From Candidatus Latescibacterota bacterium (GTDB lineage Bacteria; Latescibacterota; UBA2968; SICM01): a stretch of DNA of 64,000 nucleotides. The notes under the pieces were generated by a model. The model was not told where the DNA came from, searched no databases, and worked only from the letters and a program-made list of their open reading frames with translations. Below, one piece after another: positions 1 through 9,857 of the stretch (position 1 is its first letter; each line of letters begins with the position of its first letter). Made by a program: the position numbers and the translations under genes. The stretch spans positions 3,328,001-3,392,000 of the forward strand of contig CBDCJO010000002.1 of assembly GCA_965217865.1 (NCBI GenBank). Reading direction: 5' to 3'.

Positions 1-75
1 CGACGATTTTGCGTAGATTTTTCGTCATTGATTCACCAGATCGGTTCAATCAACGGGAAAAGGAGAGTGCTTTTT

Positions 76-1059
76 ATGGCCGATAATATGCCTTTCGATT
101 TAAGAGATTTCAAGCCGCCGAACATTCAAGCCCGGACGTTTGTTTGGATTGTGCTGGGAATCCTGATCCTGATCCTTTTGTTTTCTTCCTGGTTCACTGT
201 GGACCCTGAAGAGGTGGGCGTGGTTCTGCGTTTCGGAGAGTATGTCCGTCTGGAGGAGCCCGGTTTACATATCAAAATCCCCTTCGGCGTCGAAACCGTT
301 ACCAAAGTTCCGGTTGAGCGGCAATTAAAGGAGGAATTTGGATTTCGGACCCGGCTTGCGCAGATTCAAACCCAGTATTCTTCCCACCGGAGTTATCAGG
401 AAGAGTCATTGATGTTGACGGGAGACCTGAATGCGGCGCAGGTGGAATGGATTGTTCAGTATCGCATCAAAGACCCGTATAAATATTTGTTCCGGGTCAG
501 GAGCGCACGCAAGACTTTCCGCGACATCAACGAGGCGGTTATGCGTGAAGTGGTCGGAGACCGCACCGTGAATGAGGTGTTGACGATCGGTCGTCAGGAT
601 ATCGAACACGCCGTTTCCGTGAATCTGCAGGCCCTGTGCGACCAGTACGACACGGGAATCAAAGTGGACCAGGTGGTCCTTCAGGACGTGAATCCTCCCG
701 ATGCGGTGAAGCCCGCGTTCAATGAGGTGAACGAAGCGCAACAGGAGCGCGAGAAATTGATCAACCAGGCGCGCTCGGCATACAATCAGGTGATTCCCAA
801 GGCCCGGGGCGAGGCCGCCCGGACAATCGAAGCGTCCCGGGGGTATGCACTGGAGCGGGTCAACAAAGCCCGAGGGGAAGCGTCCAAATTCAACTCCGTA
901 TTCAAGGAGTATATGCGGGCCAAAGAGGTCACCCGGCAGCGAATTTACCTGGAGACGATGAATAAAGTCATGCAAAATGTCGGTCGAAAATTGATTACGG
1001 ACGAAAAGGCATCGGGGATTCTCCCTCTGTTCCAGTTCCAAAAGGAGGAAAGAAGATGA
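76..1059 (+). CDS. hflK: FtsH protease modulator HflK (SPFH/band 7)
   Basis: N-terminal TM, GVVLRFG, MLTGD and AFNEVNEAQQERE motifs; AGGAG at 61-65 before ATG 76; overlaps hflC (ATGA). Confidence 0.93.
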   Translation: MADNMPFDLRDFKPPNIQARTFVWIVLGILILILLFSSWFTVDPEEVGVVLRFGEYVRLEEPGLHIKIPFGVETVTKVPVERQLKEEFGFRTRLAQIQTQYSSHRSYQEESLMLTGDLNAAQVEWIVQYRIKDPYKYLFRVRSARKTFRDINEAVMREVVGDRTVNEVLTIGRQDIEHAVSVNLQALCDQYDTGIKVDQVVLQDVNPPDAVKPAFNEVNEAQQEREKLINQARSAYNQVIPKARGEAARTIEASRGYALERVNKARGEASKFNSVFKEYMRAKEVTRQRIYLETMNKVMQNVGRKLITDEKASGILPLFQFQKEERR

Positions 1060-1997
1060 AAGCCGTCTGGGGGGTTCTCGGGCTGATCGTATTGATTGTC
1101 GTCATATCATCAGCGTATGTGGTACAAGAGACCGAACAGGTCGTGATTACACAATTCGGAAAACCGGTCGGGACTCCGATTACCGACCCGGGGCTTCATT
1201 TTAAAGTTCCGATCATCCAGGTCGCCCATTTTTTTGAAAAGCGGTTTTTGGAATGGGATGGGGATCCCAACCAGGTCCCGACCCGAGACAAGAGATTCAT
1301 CTGGGTGGATACCTATGCGCGCTGGCGGATCTCGGACCCCCTGCTGTTCTTTCAGAGGGTTCGGGACGAGCGCAGGGCCCAGTCCCGGTTGGACGATGTC
1401 CTGGACGGAGAGACCCGGAATGCGATCGCAAAGCACGATCTTGTCGAAGTCATCCGTACTTCCAACCGGACACCAAAGGCCAGCCAAGACCTGACCGAGG
1501 GGGAGGAGGCCGAGACCTTTCCTCGTATCGATATCGGGCGTGAAAAAATCACGCGCGGGATTCTGGAAACGGCTGCCCCGCGTACCGCGGAACTCGGTAT
1601 CGAACTGCTGGACCTTCGGTTCAAACGAATCAAGTATGTGGAGGAAGTTCAGAAGAAGATCTTCGAACGGATGATTTCGGAGCGACAACGAATCGCGGAA
1701 AAATTCAGGTCTGAAGGTCAGGGTGAGGCGAGCAAGATCATGGGCGATAAAGAGCGCGACCTGAAACAGATTCAATCCGAGGCCTACAAGACCGCGCAGG
1801 AGATCATCGGGAAGGCGGACGGTGAGGCCGTGGCGATCTACGCGAAGGCCTACAATCAGAGCCCAGAGGCGCGTGATTTTTACGGTTTCTTGAAGACTAT
1901 GGAGACTTACCAGACGACGTTGCTGGATAAGGACTGGCTGATTTTATCCACCAAGGGAGACTTTTTAAAATACCTTCAAGACCAAAGGGGGAGATAG
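1056..1997 (+). CDS. hflC: FtsH protease modulator HflC
   Basis: VITQFGKP, WRISDPLLF and RMISERQRIAEKFRSEG motifs; paired with hflK. Confidence 0.93.
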   Translation: MKAVWGVLGLIVLIVVISSAYVVQETEQVVITQFGKPVGTPITDPGLHFKVPIIQVAHFFEKRFLEWDGDPNQVPTRDKRFIWVDTYARWRISDPLLFFQRVRDERRAQSRLDDVLDGETRNAIAKHDLVEVIRTSNRTPKASQDLTEGEEAETFPRIDIGREKITRGILETAAPRTAELGIELLDLRFKRIKYVEEVQKKIFERMISERQRIAEKFRSEGQGEASKIMGDKERDLKQIQSEAYKTAQEIIGKADGEAVAIYAKAYNQSPEARDFYGFLKTMETYQTTLLDKDWLILSTKGDFLKYLQDQRGR

Positions 1998-2097
1998 TCA
2001 GAGGCCAGAGTTCGGAGGTCGGATGTCAGGGAAACCAGTAGCAGTGGCAGAGGACAGGAAAGCCGGGGATCGTGGATCGCGATTCCGTAACCAGTGA

Positions 2098-2182
2098 CGG
2101 ACATACAAAATTTGGTCAGACCTAACTCCCAAACCCCCTTCCTAAAGGGAAGGGGGTATTGTTTTATTTTAACCAAACTTTA
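2098..2182. repeat. Dispersed REP/MITE-like hairpin element, copy 1
   Basis: CCTAACTCCC-AAA-CCCCCTTCC-loop-GGAAGGGGG with flank TATTTTAACCAAA; similar element at 52850-52946. Confidence 0.6.
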
Positions 2183-2229
2183 AGCATTTGATTCTCCTCT
2201 AGCTAACCGTCCTTACCCTTTCATCGAAC

Positions 2230-2432
2230 CGGAACATGTCAACAATTTTGAGACACTGAAAGTTGGAATTCAGTGAAGTTTCCGGCCGTCTCCATAAGAG
2301 GTGTCATCGGCAACCGTGGATCCCCGTGCAGGTATCGGGACCGGGTTCGATTTGGTATCACCTGGCGTAATAACGATTGGATCCTGCTGGGACTTATCCG
2401 AGATCCGGGGTGGATTGATCCAGACCTCGGAA
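2230..2432 (-). mobile_element. IS3-family right-end remnant (transposase C-terminus plus terminal IR)
   Basis: Minus strand encodes SEVWINPP...GDGRKLH* then TGTCTCAAAATTGTTGACATGTTCCG; related copy at 15048-15270. Confidence 0.7.
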
Positions 2433-2433
2433 A

Positions 2434-2646
2434 GTCGGTAACACGAACGTCTTCAAACACGGTTTTTTCACCGTCACGGCGATCGTCGAGCGGCGGGAAG
2501 CGGCTGCGCTCATTCGTGAGATGGAGAGCCTTTCTGCCGCTGGGATACCTACCCTACCGGTGACCGTCCGAAAGTGTCGGAGAAGAGGTCAGGAGACGAT
2601 CCGGTCCAGGATGGAGTGTCGAAAAAATGTCCTTGGTAGTATATGA
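2434..2646 (+). pseudogene. Fragment with GNxNxxKHG motif (HGGxSTG-type protein C-terminus)
   Basis: Reads VGNTNVFKHGFFTVTAIVERREAAALIRE; no start, abuts the IS remnant. Confidence 0.3.
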
Positions 2647-2673
2647 CGGTTAGAGGGGCCACCCGGGAGTGAT

Positions 2674-3519
2674 ATGAATAATCCGGACGACGATCCGAAA
2701 TATACGATGGGTCGCAGCCGGGAGGAGACGGACCGGTTGATTCGGCAGTCGCGGCTGTATGAGGGTCTGACCCGGCGTTTTCTCAAGGAGGCGGGCCTGG
2801 TCAGCGGGATGAGGGTCCTCGATATCGGCAGTGGTGCCGGAGACGTGGCACTGGCCGCAACTGAACTGGTTGGTCCGGCAGGTCAGGTTGTGGGCGTGGA
2901 TGTCAACGGGAAGATTCTGGAAACGGCTCGAGTGCGGGTCGGAAAAGCGGGATGGACAAATGTCGAATTCGTGGCGGGGGACGCGCGAACCCTTGATCTG
3001 GGGGGCGACTTCGATGCCCTGGTGGGCCGGTTTGTCCTCATGTATATGTCCGACCCCTCAGAGGCTCTGAAACAATTCGCCGGGTGCCTTCGCCCGGGGG
3101 GCATCGTGGCTTTTCAGGAGATTGATTTCATGTTTCGACGCTCGTTTCATCCTCCGAATACCCCCCTTGCGAAAAAGCTGATCGGTTGGGCTATCGCAGT
3201 GTTTGAGCGTTCGGGTGCGCATACCGGTATGGGCTTCGACCTGTATCGTGCTTTCGTCGATGCCGGTCTGCCTGAACCTGTCCTGGAGGGCACGGCGCTG
3301 GGGGGCGGTTCAGCAGGGTGGCCCGGATACGAATACATCGCTGACAGCGTTCAAAGCGTTCTTCCTCTTATGGAGGAGTATGGAATTGCGACCTCTGAAG
3401 AGGTGGATGTGAAGACGTTGCCGGAGCGGCTTCGGAAAGAAGTCGTTGCGGCGAAATCTCCGATTTTATTGCCGATGAATGTAACTGCCTGGACACGGCT
3501 GACGATGGACAGCGCATGA
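2674..3519 (+). CDS. Class I SAM-dependent methyltransferase
   Basis: Motif I VLDIGSGAGD, FDALVGR, LRPGG. Confidence 0.88.
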   Translation: MNNPDDDPKYTMGRSREETDRLIRQSRLYEGLTRRFLKEAGLVSGMRVLDIGSGAGDVALAATELVGPAGQVVGVDVNGKILETARVRVGKAGWTNVEFVAGDARTLDLGGDFDALVGRFVLMYMSDPSEALKQFAGCLRPGGIVAFQEIDFMFRRSFHPPNTPLAKKLIGWAIAVFERSGAHTGMGFDLYRAFVDAGLPEPVLEGTALGGGSAGWPGYEYIADSVQSVLPLMEEYGIATSEEVDVKTLPERLRKEVVAAKSPILLPMNVTAWTRLTMDSA

Positions 3520-3780
3520 CCTATGACACGGGATGTTCCATGTTTTATATTTTATAAAATTATTCATTGTTTTATTAAGACTCTTTTAATATGTTGGGGC
3601 TGTCAACATTCGAGCAGATTTCCCGTCTGTCGTGGCCTCCTCCTTCTCGCTGGGGATAGGTCTTTGGATGAACTTCCGTTTTCCCAAAGATAACCCCCGA
3701 TCACCGAGATCGGAAGAGGTCTTTCATATACTCGTCAATACATAAAGTCTGGAATATCCAGCCAAATCTGGAGCAGACCT

Positions 3781-5283
3781 ATGACAACGCCCGTTACCGC
3801 CGCAATGCTCTATGACCTTGTGGCCTGTCCGCACCGTGTGACGATGGACCTCTTCGGCGATCCGGGCGAGCGGGACCACCCGAACTCTTTTATTGAGTTG
3901 CTTTGGAAGCGCGGCGCCCTCTACGAACATGAGGTTATGGAAGGGCTGGACATACCCTTCCTCGATCTCTCTTCCTTCGCCGAAGACGAAAAAGAACGGC
4001 GGACGCTTGAAGCTATACGCCGTGGAGAACCGCTGATTTACAGCGGCCGCATTCAGGCTGACGGACTCCTCGGGAATCCGGATCTTCTGCGCAAGGAGAG
4101 CAATGGTTATTCCGCCGGCGACATCAAGTCGGGTGCTGGAGAAGAAGGCCCGGAGGATCTATCGAAGCCCAAGAAGCACTATGCCGTTCAACTCGCGCTG
4201 TACATGGACATCCTTGAGCGCAGGGGCTTGTCCGCTGGCCGCTGCGGCTTTATCTGGGATATTAACGGCGACGAGGTGATCTACGAATTCACCGAACCGT
4301 ACGGAAAGCGTAACGCACGCACACTCTGGCAGGACTACCAGGAATGCCTCGCCGAAGCGCAGGCAATCGTCGCTAGGAAGTCAGAAACTCTCGCGGCTTT
4401 CAGCGGAGTCTGCAAGCTCTGCCACTGGTACAATGCCTGCCTTGATCAACTCACCGCAGCGGACGACCTGACGCTGATCCCGGATCTTGGACGGTCCAAA
4501 AGGGACGCCATGATTGGCCATGTGGCGACTATCAGGGATTTTGCCGTAGCCGACCCGGCGCGGTTTATGGCGGGCTCGAAGACGATCTTTCCCGGCATAG
4601 GTCCTCCAACGCTTGAGAAGCTACACGCCCGCGCTAGGCTGATCGCCACAGGCGAGGACGCCAAGCCGTATTTTCGGAAGCGAATACCGCTGCCGACTGC
4701 GGATCTGGAGTTGTTTTTCGATGTCGAGGTCGATCCTCTCCGCGACATTTGCTACCTGCACGGTTTCGTCGAGCGGCGCGGCGGCGAAAATGAAACAGAG
4801 CGTTTCGTCGCCTTTTTCGCGGAAGAGCCCACCGCAGAGGCCGAGCAGAAGGCGTTCGCCGATGCGTGGCGGTATATGCAGAGCAGCCAACCCTGCATCA
4901 TCTACTATTATTCCAAGTACGAGCGGACCATCTACCGGAAGCTCGGAGAGAAGTATCCGGACATTTGCAGCGCGGAAGAGCTTGAAGCGCTGTTCGACCC
5001 GGCGCGCGCCGTGGATCTGTATTTCGATGTGGTGCAGAAAGCCACGGAATGGCCGACACGGGATCTCTCGATCAAGACCCTGGCCAGTTATCTCGGTTTC
5101 GCGTGGCGGGATACTCACCCCTCGGGGGCAGCTTCAATTGAATGGTTTGACAGGTGGATCGAAACCGCTGACCCGACAGTGCGGCAGCGCATCCTCGATT
5201 ACAATGAGGATGACTGCCGGGCGATGCGGATTCTTCGCGATGCGCTCCCCGGCCTTCCGGTCATGACGGGAACCTCTCCATGA
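3781..5283 (+). CDS. TM0106-family RecB-like nuclease with C-terminal RNase H-like domain
   Basis: PDLL...DIKS...QLALY PD-(D/E)XK core, CKLCHWYNAC, FFDVE, YNEDDC. Confidence 0.85.
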   Translation: MTTPVTAAMLYDLVACPHRVTMDLFGDPGERDHPNSFIELLWKRGALYEHEVMEGLDIPFLDLSSFAEDEKERRTLEAIRRGEPLIYSGRIQADGLLGNPDLLRKESNGYSAGDIKSGAGEEGPEDLSKPKKHYAVQLALYMDILERRGLSAGRCGFIWDINGDEVIYEFTEPYGKRNARTLWQDYQECLAEAQAIVARKSETLAAFSGVCKLCHWYNACLDQLTAADDLTLIPDLGRSKRDAMIGHVATIRDFAVADPARFMAGSKTIFPGIGPPTLEKLHARARLIATGEDAKPYFRKRIPLPTADLELFFDVEVDPLRDICYLHGFVERRGGENETERFVAFFAEEPTAEAEQKAFADAWRYMQSSQPCIIYYYSKYERTIYRKLGEKYPDICSAEELEALFDPARAVDLYFDVVQKATEWPTRDLSIKTLASYLGFAWRDTHPSGAASIEWFDRWIETADPTVRQRILDYNEDDCRAMRILRDALPGLPVMTGTSP

Positions 5284-5819
5284 ACGGGCCAGCCGCGAAA
5301 CATGATGCGCAGAAGCTTCTCGCGGGCCTGCGGGATCACTTGGCGCGACACGACAAACCGATTGCTTTTTTCTTCGGAGCCGGAACCTCCTGCGCGGTGC
5401 AGGTTTCCGAATCCGGGGACGGCACGGCGAAAAAACCATTGATTCCCGACGTTGCCGGTTTGACTCTCCTCTGCGAGGAAGCTGTCGCATTATTAGACGA
5501 CAAATACGCGCAAGCGTGGACGGCGATCAAGGATCAATGCAAAGTGGCGAAACAGTGTCCCAACGTTGAGAACATTCTCTCTCGCTGCAGCACCGCGGAT
5601 CCATTCGCCGAAGTTCAGCGGATTGTTGCCAGAAAAATCTCGGAGAAGATTGTAACCTCCAAATTCCCGATCAAGGTTATTAATGTGCAGTCCGATGGTA
5701 ATCTGATCATAAATTATGGCGACGTGTTTTTCAAGCAAGGCGATAAGCTTTCCTTATTCAAGACTACGGGAGAAGCATTCGTTGATCCCGATACTGGCGA
5801 AATTATAAAATACTTATGA
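5280..5819 (+). pseudogene. Truncated SIR2-like N-terminus fused to an unrelated CsgG/HfaB-like C-terminal fragment
   Basis: IAFFFGAGTS...IPDVAGLT...NVENILSR to ~5585, then FPIKVINV...VDPDTGE. Confidence 0.65.
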
Positions 5820-5825
5820 CCAAAT

Positions 5826-5931
5826 GGCGCGGCTGCACGCTTACCTGGACTATGTGTCCCCGGCCCTTTTTGAACGGCTATCGCTGCAGAAAGCGGCTTA
5901 AACCACTGTCCACTTTTCCCGGGTCATATCA
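5826..5931 (+). mobile_element. IS3-family right-end remnant (second type)
   Basis: Encodes RLHAYLDYVSPALFE...KAA* followed by TGTCCACTTTTCCCGGGTCATATCA. Confidence 0.65.
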
Positions 5932-6345
5932 CCGGCTGTAGTCGGATCGCACGGGATCGCGATATAAGGCAACCCCTCCTGCGAAAAACCCGCGAGCTTG
6001 GCGCTGACCTTGGCCATCTGCATCAGGGACATCGCGCTTTCCTGCATCCGGGCCCCGCCTGACCTGCAGACCAGGACGAGCGGAAGTCGATCCAGTGTAC
6101 AACGGTTGATCAACCGGCAGATGCGTTCCCCCTCAGCTGAGCCCAGGCTCCCTCCGATAAACCCGATTTCGTGGATCTCGACCTCCACATCACGCCCATC
6201 GATACGCCCGATCCCCGTATAGATCGCCGCTTTAAGACCGGTCTTTTTCCGCATCTGCTTAAGCCGTTCTGAATAGGATATCCGGTCCTTGAACTTGAGG
6301 AAATCCTTGGATTTGACTTCCCCGGCCACCTCCTCGAAGCTCCCT
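5932..6345 (-). pseudogene. accD: Acetyl-CoA carboxylase carboxyltransferase beta, internal fragment
   Basis: DFLKFKD, FIGGSLGSAEGE, SGGARMQE, SLMQMAK, DPTTAG; no N-terminal Zn finger; cut by the IS3 end. Confidence 0.8.
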
Positions 6346-6402
6346 CCGTCGACGCCGCGTGGACGGCCACAGCGACCGTGGCGGGTTCTTTCCGTAGCTG
6401 TG

Positions 6403-6615
6403 GAGCGTTTGTCCGGCACCGCTCACGCCGCAATCGCCGACTTGGGGAACGATATCCTCATCAGCGCCGCGTCCGCCTGGGAGATCGCTACGAAGTATCG
6501 CCTCGGAAAGCTTCCGGGAGCCGAGGCCGTGGCACACGACGTGGTCGGCTGCATCGCGAGCCAAGGATTCGGAGAGATGCCAATTACCGCAATACATGCA
6601 GATACTGCTGGCAAA
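6403..6615 (+). pseudogene. PIN-domain (VapC) toxin, internal fragment
   Basis: LISAASAWEIATKYRLGKL motif; both ends missing. Confidence 0.7.
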
Positions 6616-6626
6616 AAGCTCACGAC

Positions 6627-7103
6627 ATGAGCACTAGTCAATTTCAAATTCAGGAAGCAGCAGGAGCACATTATCAGCAGCTTGCAGAGCTTCTTGAAAT
6701 GAATCACCAATCCACACGGGACATTCTCGCCCCTGGTACAAAATACTGGCTAGCTCGCGAGACTGGGGGAGGGACAATAGGCACGATTGGAATTGAACTC
6801 GGGAACGATTCCATCTTATTGCGAAGTCTGGGTGTCCTAATGCCTTGGCATCGACATGGCGTCGGTGGAGCATTGATTCACCGTGCGCTAGAGTCTGCGA
6901 GGCAAACCGAATTCAAGAAGGCTTATCTATTTAGCAGAACTGCTGGAAAATACTGGATGAGATTCGGGTTCTACCAGGTTTCGGTATCAGAGGTGGTTGA
7001 AGCATTGCCGGAAGTTCCTCAAGTGAGGCACTTTCTCGAAGCAGGTACAATCTGGACGGACGTGGCTTGGCGGTGTGACTTGACGCCAAAGCTGCCTAAA
7101 TGA
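6627..7103 (+). CDS. GNAT-family N-acetyltransferase
   Basis: LLRSLGV..HRHGVGGALI acetyl-CoA motif; AYLFS..AGKYWMRFGF. Confidence 0.8.
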   Translation: MSTSQFQIQEAAGAHYQQLAELLEMNHQSTRDILAPGTKYWLARETGGGTIGTIGIELGNDSILLRSLGVLMPWHRHGVGGALIHRALESARQTEFKKAYLFSRTAGKYWMRFGFYQVSVSEVVEALPEVPQVRHFLEAGTIWTDVAWRCDLTPKLPK

Positions 7104-7659
7104 GGACAACTCCGTCGACAAGGGAGTTATTCGGCCCTGTGTACAATTAACCCGCTATGCCAAAGAATACTCACGCCAGAACAACCGCCGTCGTCTTCGT
7201 CGAGCTGGCTCAGGGGGATCCCCAGGAACTCGGAGGCTTTTTTTTGGATCTCCAGCATCGCCTCTTTACAGCATCCTCAGCTTATCCCGCTCGTACATGA
7301 AAAATGTACGGGACGTATTATGGGGGGGCAATGGTTAACAAGGAAGGAGCGTCAAGCCTAGAACCAAAAGTTGTACGATATTTAACACTTTGGACGGAAA
7401 CCGGCACCAAATTGGTATACGACGACAAAGCGCGATGGACCTCTGTCCGGGGGGGACAAAATTGGGCTTGGAGATCAATGCCATGGGGTTAACACCCCTT
7501 AATTTTTCCTTCTTGTCCCTTTTTAAACCTTGTAAGTTATCTTTTGTCTGAGATCGCCCGAAAAAACGGGGGCAAGGTCGAAGCAAGATCCTGGTTGCCT
7601 GTAGGGTTGAGAAGGGATACATATTTTGGGATATCCCTGACCTCACAGGAGGAGTAAAG

Positions 7660-7995
7660 ATGGAGCAACTGTCCTCAAACAGTGACCCGGTCAAGAAGCG
7701 CAGGAGCTTGTCCCCGGAACAGAAGTATGAGATTTTCCTTGAAGCCAGCCGGGGAGATGTTCCCATTGCACAGGTGCTGCGGAAATGGGGCATTCATTCC
7801 TCGGATCTAAAGCGTATTCGTGAGTCGGTCAAGTCCGGGGCCCTCAAGGAGTTCAAGGGTCGCCGGAGCCGCAAGCCGATGGTATCGGCTGAGGAGGTGG
7901 AGCAGCTGCGCAAAGAGCGGGCACGCCTGGAGCAAACGATCATTGAGCAATCTGTGGAACTTTCCCTGCTAAAAAAAAGTGTGAATGGGATCTGA
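7660..7995 (+). CDS. IS3-family transposase OrfA (HTH)
   Basis: HTH plus leucine-zipper-like tail; GGAGGAG RBS; A8G slippery site at 7971-7979. Confidence 0.85.
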   Translation: MEQLSSNSDPVKKRRSLSPEQKYEIFLEASRGDVPIAQVLRKWGIHSSDLKRIRESVKSGALKEFKGRRSRKPMVSAEEVEQLRKERARLEQTIIEQSVELSLLKKSVNGI

Positions 7996-8018
7996 CAGGC
8001 CCGATCAAGGGCCACCGG

Positions 8019-9050
8019 GTGCAAGCTGAGGTCAAACGCGAGATCCTCTTAATGGTCCATCGGGCCAAGGAGAAAGGGGTGAAACTCACCCGTTCTTGCG
8101 AGATCCTACAGCTTCCCCTCCAGCGGTATTGTGCCTGGAGCCGGCGAGATCGAGAAGAGAAGCTGGATGGGGTGTCGGACCCGCTTTTGGATGGGAAGCC
8201 CGGGCCCGCCCCTGATAAGGCCCCACACGGATTGCTGAGGGAGGAGAAAGAGCAAATCCCGGCCCTCTTAAGGGATGAGACCTATGCCGATCTGCCTCCC
8301 CATCAGCTGGCGGTGGTAGCCTCAGAGAAGGGGGTAGTGCAGGCCTCGGCCTCCAGCTTCTACCGACAGGCCAGGAAAGAACGTCTGGCACGCAGGAAAC
8401 AGGTGAGGACGCCGGTCAAGCAGAGCAAGCCCCAGGTCAAACCTGAAGGTCCTAATCAGGTCTGGAGCTGGGACCTGACCTACATCCCATTTTTCGGTTT
8501 GTTCCTGTATTTTACCGCCATTCTCGACGTGTATTCCAGGAAGATCGTAGGATGGAAGCTCTCCTTCAACGCGACCGTGGAGCAGGTCAAACAGGCCTGG
8601 GATCAAGCCCTTGCCAACGAAGGACTGCTGGACCTGGACACTGGGCCCATAAGCTTGACAGCCCTCTCAGATCACGGATCTCAGATGAAGGCCAAATCGA
8701 TGGCCCAATTCTTCAAGGACCTGGGCATCTCGCAGCTGTTTGCCCGATATCAAACACCCACGGACAACGCCTGGATCGAAGCCTTTTTCCGGACATTCAA
8801 ATACGACTGGCTGCGCTTCCAGGACATCTTCACATTCCATCAACTGGAAGGCCTGATTGATTCCTTCATTCACAGCTACAACGCCGAACGCTATCACGGG
8901 GCAATACAGTATGTCACGCCTCTTCAGAGGCATAAAGGCCAGCATCAAAAGATTCTTCACCACCGACAAGGTCGAAAGGAGGAGGCTCGGCAGCGCCGCA
9001 TAGAAATCAATCGGCAAAGAACATCCCAGACCATCCACAAGGCTGCCTGA
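8019..9050 (+). CDS. IS3-family transposase OrfB (rve DDE), probably fused to OrfA by -1 frameshift
   Basis: WSWDLTY, DVYSRKIVGW, SDHGSQ, DNAWIEAFF; in -1 frame to OrfA and open back to the A8G site. Confidence 0.9.
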   Translation: MQAEVKREILLMVHRAKEKGVKLTRSCEILQLPLQRYCAWSRRDREEKLDGVSDPLLDGKPGPAPDKAPHGLLREEKEQIPALLRDETYADLPPHQLAVVASEKGVVQASASSFYRQARKERLARRKQVRTPVKQSKPQVKPEGPNQVWSWDLTYIPFFGLFLYFTAILDVYSRKIVGWKLSFNATVEQVKQAWDQALANEGLLDLDTGPISLTALSDHGSQMKAKSMAQFFKDLGISQLFARYQTPTDNAWIEAFFRTFKYDWLRFQDIFTFHQLEGLIDSFIHSYNAERYHGAIQYVTPLQRHKGQHQKILHHRQGRKEEARQRRIEINRQRTSQTIHKAA

Positions 9051-9141
9051 ATCTTGCTTGGACCTTTATCTACTTTTCTCTTGTTATCTCAGAATAGATA
9101 CAAAGTCACCAAAAAGTTCCATATCTATCTCGCACGGTCGG

Positions 9142-9735
9142 CGGCCGTATGATCCGAAAAGGCCGCTTTTGGCCATGGACGAACACCCCGTGCAGTTGAT
9201 CGGAGAGACTCGCATCCCGGTCCCGGAAAAACCGGGACATCCCCGACGTTACGACTATGAGTATGAGCGTAACGGCACAGCCGCGAATTTCTTGTTCCTC
9301 GAGCCCCTGACCGGACGTCGGAAGGTCCACGTCCGGGAACGCAGGACCGCCGTAGACTGGGCTTACGAGATCCAGGAGCTGCTTGAGGTGGACTACCCGG
9401 ATGCGGAAGTCGTGGTCCTGGTCTGCGACAACCTCAATACTCACACCATCGCATCTCTCTACGAGGCCTTCCCACCCGAAAAGGCCCGTTCTCTAGCCAA
9501 ACGCCTCGAATTGCACTACACCCCCAAGCACGGTAGCTGGCTCAATGTCGCCGAGATCGAACTGAGCGTCCTTGCCAGACAATGCCTGGACAGCCGCATG
9601 CCTGACCTGCAGACCCTCACCAACCAGGTGGAGGCCTGGAAATGTGATCGAAACGAGAAACACAGAACCGTTGATTGGCAGTTCACGACCACCGACGCCC
9701 GAATCAAACTGAAGAAGCTCTATCCCAAGTTTTAG
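9142..9735 (+). mobile_element. IS630-family transposase, C-terminal remnant
   Basis: MDEHP, YDYEYERNG, LVCDNLNTH, YTPKHGSWLNVAEIE; N-terminal HTH absent. Confidence 0.85.
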
Positions 9736-9857
9736 GTGATCGATCTATGAGAATACGGCGCAAACGATACCGGTGCGGTCAGGTGGTATGATCCAATGAT
9801 GTGACTTGGACAGTCCGAGCGTTATTGCGGCGAGTTCTCACCAGAGAGGAGTAGAAC

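Larger units (their letters stand above)
7537..9102 (+). mobile_element. IS3-family element, copy 1
   Basis: IRs (TG)TATCTTTTGTCTGAGAT and ATCTCAGAATAGATACA; AAG(T) direct repeat on both sides; left end lacks the intact TG; near-identical inverted copy at 17393-18959. Confidence 0.9.

Noticed and set aside
6627-7103. GNAT gene as an integron cassette
   Set aside because: No GTTRRRY upstream and no RYYYAAC hairpin downstream found
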